Positions 59,143 through 64,000 of a DNA stretch of 64,000 nucleotides are shown here, in pieces (position 1 is the first letter of the stretch; every line of letters starts with the position of its first letter). The notes beneath the pieces were generated by a model. It ran no database searches and had not been told where the DNA came from. It saw only the letters and a program-made list of their open reading frames with translations. Position numbers and translations under genes: made by a program. This stretch comes from Nitrospirales bacterium (GTDB lineage Bacteria > Nitrospirota > Nitrospiria > Nitrospirales > UBA8639): assembly GCA_965223295.1 (NCBI GenBank), contig CBDCWC010000003.1, forward strand, positions 544,001-608,000, read 5' to 3'.

Positions 59143-60072
59143 ATGACCCACCGTTATTCTTCAACGAAAATATCAAAAATCATCTTAATCCTTTCGCTTC
59201 TTCTGGTCTTAAATTATCCCACCGTCGCAACTAGTCAAGTAGTGGGACGTGGCTATAACAATAGTATGATTTACAAGATTCAAGGGGAAACCAATACCGT
59301 CTATCTCTTAGGATCTTTACATGCCCTTGCCGAAGAATACTATCCTCTGACGAGGGCGTTTTCTTATGCCTACTATAATTCTCAGAAATTAGTATTTGAG
59401 ATTGCTCCCGAAATACTTTTTTCAAAAGAAACTGGAAACAGGGGAGAGCACTATTCTACTTTTCAAAATGGAATGACCCTCAAACAATGCTTAACACCAA
59501 AAACCTACCAAAAACTAGCAAAACATTTGCTGAAAATGGGAATTAGCATTGAAGAAATTAAAAATTATAAACCCTGGAAAGCGTACCTACTTGCGAGTGG
59601 TGGGTTGGATTCGTCTAAAGACTTCAGGCCTGATTTGGGCATTGAAAGGTACTTTTACCAAAAGGCCAAAGATGCAGGAAAACCTATTGAAGGCTTAGAA
59701 ACTCCTCAAGATCAATGGGATGCGTTTGACAAACTCACCTTTAAAGAACAAGAGGCAATGATCATAGAAGTATTAAGAGATCGCTCTAAGCTCGAAAAAG
59801 AATTCGCTCAACTGGTAAATAGTTGGCACCGGGGAGATTTAAAAGGCATGGCAAAGCATGTGGAAAGCTATAAAATCTTCCCAAAATATTATGACGGCAT
59901 CCTTGTTCGCCGGAACCACAATTGGGTCCCTAAAATTGAAAAGTATTTAAAGGACAGCAAAAATTATTTTGTTATTGTGGGAGTGGCCCACTTGGCTGGC
60001 GAAGACGGCCTCATTACTCTTTTAACGGACAAAGGCTATGAGCTGGAGCGCGTTTCGTATGTCATGCCCTAA
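59143..60072 (+). CDS. TraB/GumN family protein
   Basis: VYLLGSLH, GLET..DQ, RRNHNW, VGVAHL.GEDG. Confidence 0.88.
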   Translation: MTHRYSSTKISKIILILSLLLVLNYPTVATSQVVGRGYNNSMIYKIQGETNTVYLLGSLHALAEEYYPLTRAFSYAYYNSQKLVFEIAPEILFSKETGNRGEHYSTFQNGMTLKQCLTPKTYQKLAKHLLKMGISIEEIKNYKPWKAYLLASGGLDSSKDFRPDLGIERYFYQKAKDAGKPIEGLETPQDQWDAFDKLTFKEQEAMIIEVLRDRSKLEKEFAQLVNSWHRGDLKGMAKHVESYKIFPKYYDGILVRRNHNWVPKIEKYLKDSKNYFVIVGVAHLAGEDGLITLLTDKGYELERVSYVMP

Positions 60073-60086
60073 CTCATCTTTGTCCT

Positions 60087-60899
60087 TCACTTTCCTAGAG
60101 CCTCATCGACTCCTCTCCTAGCTATCCAATCAATCGCCTGCGGCCAAGACAGCTTCACCCACCGCCCTAACTTTCCTCTTAATGAAGGAATAACGAGACG
60201 TCTACGCCGCTCCATCGCTTGAACAACGATATTGGCACACGCTTCGGAACCTAAGAATGAATCATATCCAGGAAGATGGAGACCAAGCGATTGGCCATCG
60301 ACACCTAGGCTTCTTTCAAAAATTTCGGTCTGCACAAAATCTGGCGCCACAATCGTCACACTCACTCCCGTTTCCTCCAGCTCTATACGCAAGGACTCAA
60401 AAAATCCGTTCATGGCATGTTTGCTGGCGCTATAAATGGCATGCGAAGGAATCCCTGTAAAACTGGTCACACTGGAAATGGCGACAATACGCCCACGCGT
60501 TTGCTTGAGGAACGGCAATGCGAATTTCGCACAATACACACTTCCCATAAAATTCACATCCATGACCTGCTGAAATTGAGAGACATCTTGCACATCTTCA
60601 ACCGTTGCCCACATGGACATCCCCGCGTTGTTGACTAGCACGTCTATGCGGGAAAACATATCAACTGTCGCCTGGATCATCTTTCTACAAGCTTGAGAAT
60701 CGGCAACATCCGTAGGCACCACCAAGGTTTCTGCGCCTAAACGCTCGCAGGTGACAGCGACTTCTTGCAATCGATTTTGATCTCTTGCGACTAATGCCAA
60801 CTTTGGAGATTGGGGAGCGAGCGCATAGGCCAATGCTTTGCCAATACCCGCTGAAGCTCCAGTAATGATGATCACCTGATCAGCCCAGACACGCGGCAT
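60087..60899 (-). CDS. Classical SDR oxidoreductase
   Basis: ITGASAGIG, NNAG, YSASK. Confidence 0.9.
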   Translation of the reverse strand: MPRVWADQVIIITGASAGIGKALAYALAPQSPKLALVARDQNRLQEVAVTCERLGAETLVVPTDVADSQACRKMIQATVDMFSRIDVLVNNAGMSMWATVEDVQDVSQFQQVMDVNFMGSVYCAKFALPFLKQTRGRIVAISSVTSFTGIPSHAIYSASKHAMNGFFESLRIELEETGVSVTIVAPDFVQTEIFERSLGVDGQSLGLHLPGYDSFLGSEACANIVVQAMERRRRLVIPSLRGKLGRWVKLSWPQAIDWIARRGVDEALGK

Positions 60900-61052
60900 A
60901 TATCCTCCATATCATCTTTCAATAAACCTTTCTTACTGTTACACTTTTTATGCTGAATACCCAAACCTGAAATGTTGATCAGTCAACAATCTCATCGTGT
61001 AAAAACCTAGGCAACCCAGAGATTTTCTCTCACCACCATAACATGTTCATGT

Positions 61053-61667
61053 ATGAGTGACACACGTTCACCACAGGCATCTTTTCATCTCGAGCTCCCT
61101 GCCTGGGTCCCCGGATTTCTTGCCCAACAGCCCACGGCATTTCCAACCCAAGAAAGTCGAATGGATTTCGCGATTTCGTTGGCTCACCTAAATTGCGAAC
61201 AGGGCACCGGAGGACCCTTTGGCGCAGCCGTGTTTTCTACCACCACTCATACATTAATTGCGACAGGGGTCAACCTGGTGAAACCGACTCGCTGCTCCGT
61301 CGCACATGCAGAAATTGTGGCACTCATGCTGGCCCAGCAAAAGGTTGGTTCTCATGACTTAGGTGCGCCCGGACTTCCCTCCCATGAATTAGTAACGAGT
61401 TGCGAGCCCTGCGCCATGTGTCTCGGGGCCATTTGCTGGTCGGGTATCCGGCAACTCGTCTGTGGAGCAAGGGGAAGCGACGCAGAAGCCATTGGATTTG
61501 ATGAAGGTTCCAAGCCGCCAGACTGGATATCAACTCTGACTGAACGTGGAATTACCGTGATCACAGATATTGCGCGCTCTCAAGCCACTCAAGTCTTACA
61601 AAATTATGTCGAACAGGGCGGAGAGGTATATAACGGCAGGCAAGGACCAATGGAAACGTCAGGTTAA
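61053..61667 (+). CDS. Zinc-dependent nucleoside/guanine deaminase family protein
   Basis: GGPFGA, HAE, CEPCAMC. Confidence 0.88.
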   Translation: MSDTRSPQASFHLELPAWVPGFLAQQPTAFPTQESRMDFAISLAHLNCEQGTGGPFGAAVFSTTTHTLIATGVNLVKPTRCSVAHAEIVALMLAQQKVGSHDLGAPGLPSHELVTSCEPCAMCLGAICWSGIRQLVCGARGSDAEAIGFDEGSKPPDWISTLTERGITVITDIARSQATQVLQNYVEQGGEVYNGRQGPMETSG

Positions 61668-61678
61668 GGAGAATCACT

Positions 61679-62458
61679 ATGACATCACCCCGTAAAAAAA
61701 CGACAGCACGAGTTAAACCTATTACGCTTGCTATCGATATAGGAGGATCGGGGATCAAAGGCATTCTCCTCAATCCTACTGGAAAGACAATCGGGGACCG
61801 TATTCGAATTCCGACCCCACAACCTTCTACACCACGAGCGGTTTTTACTAGCATTGCCGAACTGGTCAAAGGCCTTGAATCTTTTGACCGTGTTTCAGTG
61901 GGATTTCCCGGAGTTATCCAGCAAGGGCAGGTGAAAACTGCACCAAACCTCGAGCAGTCATGGCCAGGCACCCATCTCATGAAAGAGCTAGAACGACAAC
62001 TCAAAAAGCCAGTCCGTGTGACCAACGATGCCGATGTTCAAGGTTTTGGTGCCATCAAAGGCAAAGGGGTTGAACTGGTCATCACCTTGGGCACAGGATT
62101 CGGCACAGCCCTCTTTGTCAACGGAACCCTGGTACCTAATTTAGAAATTGCTCACCATCCATTTCGCAAGGGCCACACCTATGAAGAAGAATTAGGCGCG
62201 CCAGCGCTCAAAAAAATTGGTAAAAAGAAGTGGAACAAGCGGCTAAGCGAAGCGATAAAGACCTTAGACCGCGTGATCAATTATGACCACCTTTACTTTG
62301 GGGGAGGAAATGGGAAAAAAATTACATTTGACCTCCCAGCAAACGTAACCATTGTCCCAAATGTCGCAGGCCTGTTAGGAGGCATCGCTCTCTGGGCTGA
62401 TACATCTGGAAGTTCAGCGTCAATCACACGTCGACGAAATACCAGAGCCGTGAGGTAA
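61679..62458 (+). CDS. ROK family kinase (polyphosphate glucokinase-like)
   Basis: DIGGSGIK, NDAD, LGTGFG, PNLEIAH. Confidence 0.85.
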   Translation: MTSPRKKTTARVKPITLAIDIGGSGIKGILLNPTGKTIGDRIRIPTPQPSTPRAVFTSIAELVKGLESFDRVSVGFPGVIQQGQVKTAPNLEQSWPGTHLMKELERQLKKPVRVTNDADVQGFGAIKGKGVELVITLGTGFGTALFVNGTLVPNLEIAHHPFRKGHTYEEELGAPALKKIGKKKWNKRLSEAIKTLDRVINYDHLYFGGGNGKKITFDLPANVTIVPNVAGLLGGIALWADTSGSSASITRRRNTRAVR

Positions 62459-62562
62459 TCTTCTTTCCAATTTTGGTCAGCCATCTAATACAAGAGTGTT
62501 GAATCATGAAGATATCAAGGGGGATACTTCGCTAGGAACCTATTGACCATGATAGGGGCCTC

Positions 62563-62649
62563 GGGTCCGTTCAAAAAAGTCCGCTCGCCTGCGCGAAACC
62601 GCATCGGCGAAGCCAGGGAACGCCACTGACGGATTTTTTCAATAGACCC
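62563..62649. repeat. MITE-like repeat, copy 5
   Basis: gggtccgttcaaaaaagtccg / cggattttttcaatagaccc. Confidence 0.7.
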
Positions 62650-62727
62650 AAGAGAGATTCTCCATTCACGTCACTTCACTCATCCACTACTTGCATTCTT
62701 GATTAACCCCATAGACAATCTTTGAGA

Positions 62728-63123
62728 ATGAGTATGGTCTCTTATGGATTACCGCAACTCCTTTGGGTAGGGCTAGGTGGATTTCTGGGTTCCATCTGCC
62801 GTTTTATCATGGCCGGAGCATTCAATCGATTCAGCCCGGCTTTCGGGTTTCCTATCGGTACGCTCTCCGTAAACATCCTGGGCTGCTTCCTAATTGGCCT
62901 GCTGCATGGACTCGCAGAAACCCGATCCGTCCTTGGACCAGACATCCGCGTCTTTCTCTTCATTGGCGTCTTAGGCGGATTCACAACCTATTCCACCTTT
63001 GGCTTTGAATCCCTTGCTCTTCTGAAAGACGGCGCCCTCCTTAAAGCCTTCACCAATATCATCTTTCACATTCTTCTTGGTCTCTCTGCTGTGTGGATCG
63101 GCGACACTCTCGGCCGGACGTAA
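62728..63123 (+). CDS. crcB: Fluoride channel Fluc/CrcB
   Basis: GGFLGSICR, FPIGTLSVN, GGFTTYSTF. Confidence 0.92.
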   Translation: MSMVSYGLPQLLWVGLGGFLGSICRFIMAGAFNRFSPAFGFPIGTLSVNILGCFLIGLLHGLAETRSVLGPDIRVFLFIGVLGGFTTYSTFGFESLALLKDGALLKAFTNIIFHILLGLSAVWIGDTLGRT

Positions 63124-63140
63124 ACTCCACTATTGACTAC

Positions 63141-63186
63141 ATAAGGGGTCAGACTCGAATTTGTTAATTCGAGTCTGACCCCTTAT
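63141..63186. repeat. Perfect 20-bp-arm hairpin (terminator or REP-like)
   Basis: ataaggggtcagactcgaat / attcgagtctgaccccttat. Confidence 0.65.
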
Positions 63187-63262
63187 ATTTTATGGCACTT
63201 GGCGAGAAGAGCAGAAACACGGTACAACCATAGGTCTTTTTTTCTTGCCAGCAACTAAATTT

Positions 63263-64000
63263 ATGGTCAAAAAGAAATCCAAGTCCGCACTCCTTCAAGA
63301 TGAACTGATTATTGAAGGGGCTCGGCAGAATAATCTTAAAAATATTTCTCTTCGGATTCCGCACAACGCGGTCACTGTTATCACGGGCGTGTCGGGTTCC
63401 GGGAAATCGTCGTTAGCGTTTGACACACTCTTTGCGGAAGGACAATGGCGCTATGTGGAATCACTGTCTTCTTACACCCGCATGTTTTTAGATCGTGTCA
63501 AGCGGCCAGACGTTGATCGCCTCAGCAATATTCGACCTTCGATTGCCTTAGAACAAAAAAACTCTATTCGCACTTCCCGTTCGACTGTAGGTACCACCAG
63601 TGAAATTTCAGATTATCTACGATTGCTGTTTGCGAAAGTTGGACGCCTTACCTGTCCTGACTGCAAGCTTGAAGCCATTGCCCATTACCCCGCTAGCGTG
63701 GCCCTGGGATTGCTTGACGAGTTTCCCAAACAACGGGTTCTTATATGTTTCCCTAAACCCACGCCTCATCCGGATGCCTTCGAATCCATGAAAACTGGCC
63801 TCTTAAAACAAGGCTTTATTCGCATCGTCATCAACGATCAGGTCATCAACTTGAGCACCGACCATGTTCCCTCTTCCCTGCCATCAGAGCTATTCGTTGT
63901 CGTTGACCGTCTGACTTTAGAGCCGGATTCACGGAGTCGGTTAGTTGAAGCCCTGGAAACAGCATTTCGTGAAAGTGAAGGACAAGCCGTTGCCATCATC
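63263..64000 (+). CDS. uvrA: Excinuclease ABC subunit A, 5' part (runs off the window edge)
   Basis: Manual translation: GARQNNLKNI...ITGVSGSGKSSLAFDTLFAEGQWRYVESLS...RSTVGT. Confidence 0.92.
   Translation, partial: MVKKKSKSALLQDELIIEGARQNNLKNISLRIPHNAVTVITGVSGSGKSSLAFDTLFAEGQWRYVESLSSYTRMFLDRVKRPDVDRLSNIRPSIALEQKNSIRTSRSTVGTTSEISDYLRLLFAKVGRLTCPDCKLEAIAHYPASVALGLLDEFPKQRVLICFPKPTPHPDAFESMKTGLLKQGFIRIVINDQVINLSTDHVPSSLPSELFVVVDRLTLEPDSRSRLVEALETAFRESEGQAVAII

Noticed and set aside
62460-62727. Fluoride riboswitch upstream of crcB
   Set aside because: No GGxGATGG...TGATG consensus was seen; the region holds a MITE.

Overview
This is a 64-kb bacterial chromosome segment. Gene content and the intergenic repeat style suggest Nitrospirota/Nitrospirales; that is an inference, not a database result. 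The core blocks are ffh-rpsP-rimM-trmD-rplS-rnhB-yraN, ftsEX-envC-ctpA, thiSGE, a Pup-type proteasome locus (arc-dop-prcB-prcA-...-pafA), a TolC plus MacAB-like exporter, crcB and the 5' part of uvrA. Accessory features include an ECF sigma/anti-sigma/VIT-vWA/lipoprotein cluster, a PqqD/RRE-like methyltransferase, and an M11 peptidase downstream of a sigma28-like promoter and a c-di-GMP-I riboswitch. There is also a frameshifted IS200 transposase, a caspase-TPR protein and several MITE/REP-like repeats. The most striking observation is a two-gene cassette (50683-52682) lying between tolC and macAB. It pairs a fatty-acyl-reductase-like SDR with a membrane di-iron enzyme carrying plant CER1/CER3-type motifs, a candidate bacterial aldehyde-decarbonylation (alkane/wax) pathway. 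Also notable: no pup gene is visible in the proteasome locus, and a decayed duplicate of the prcA 3' end brackets an insertion between prcA and pafA.
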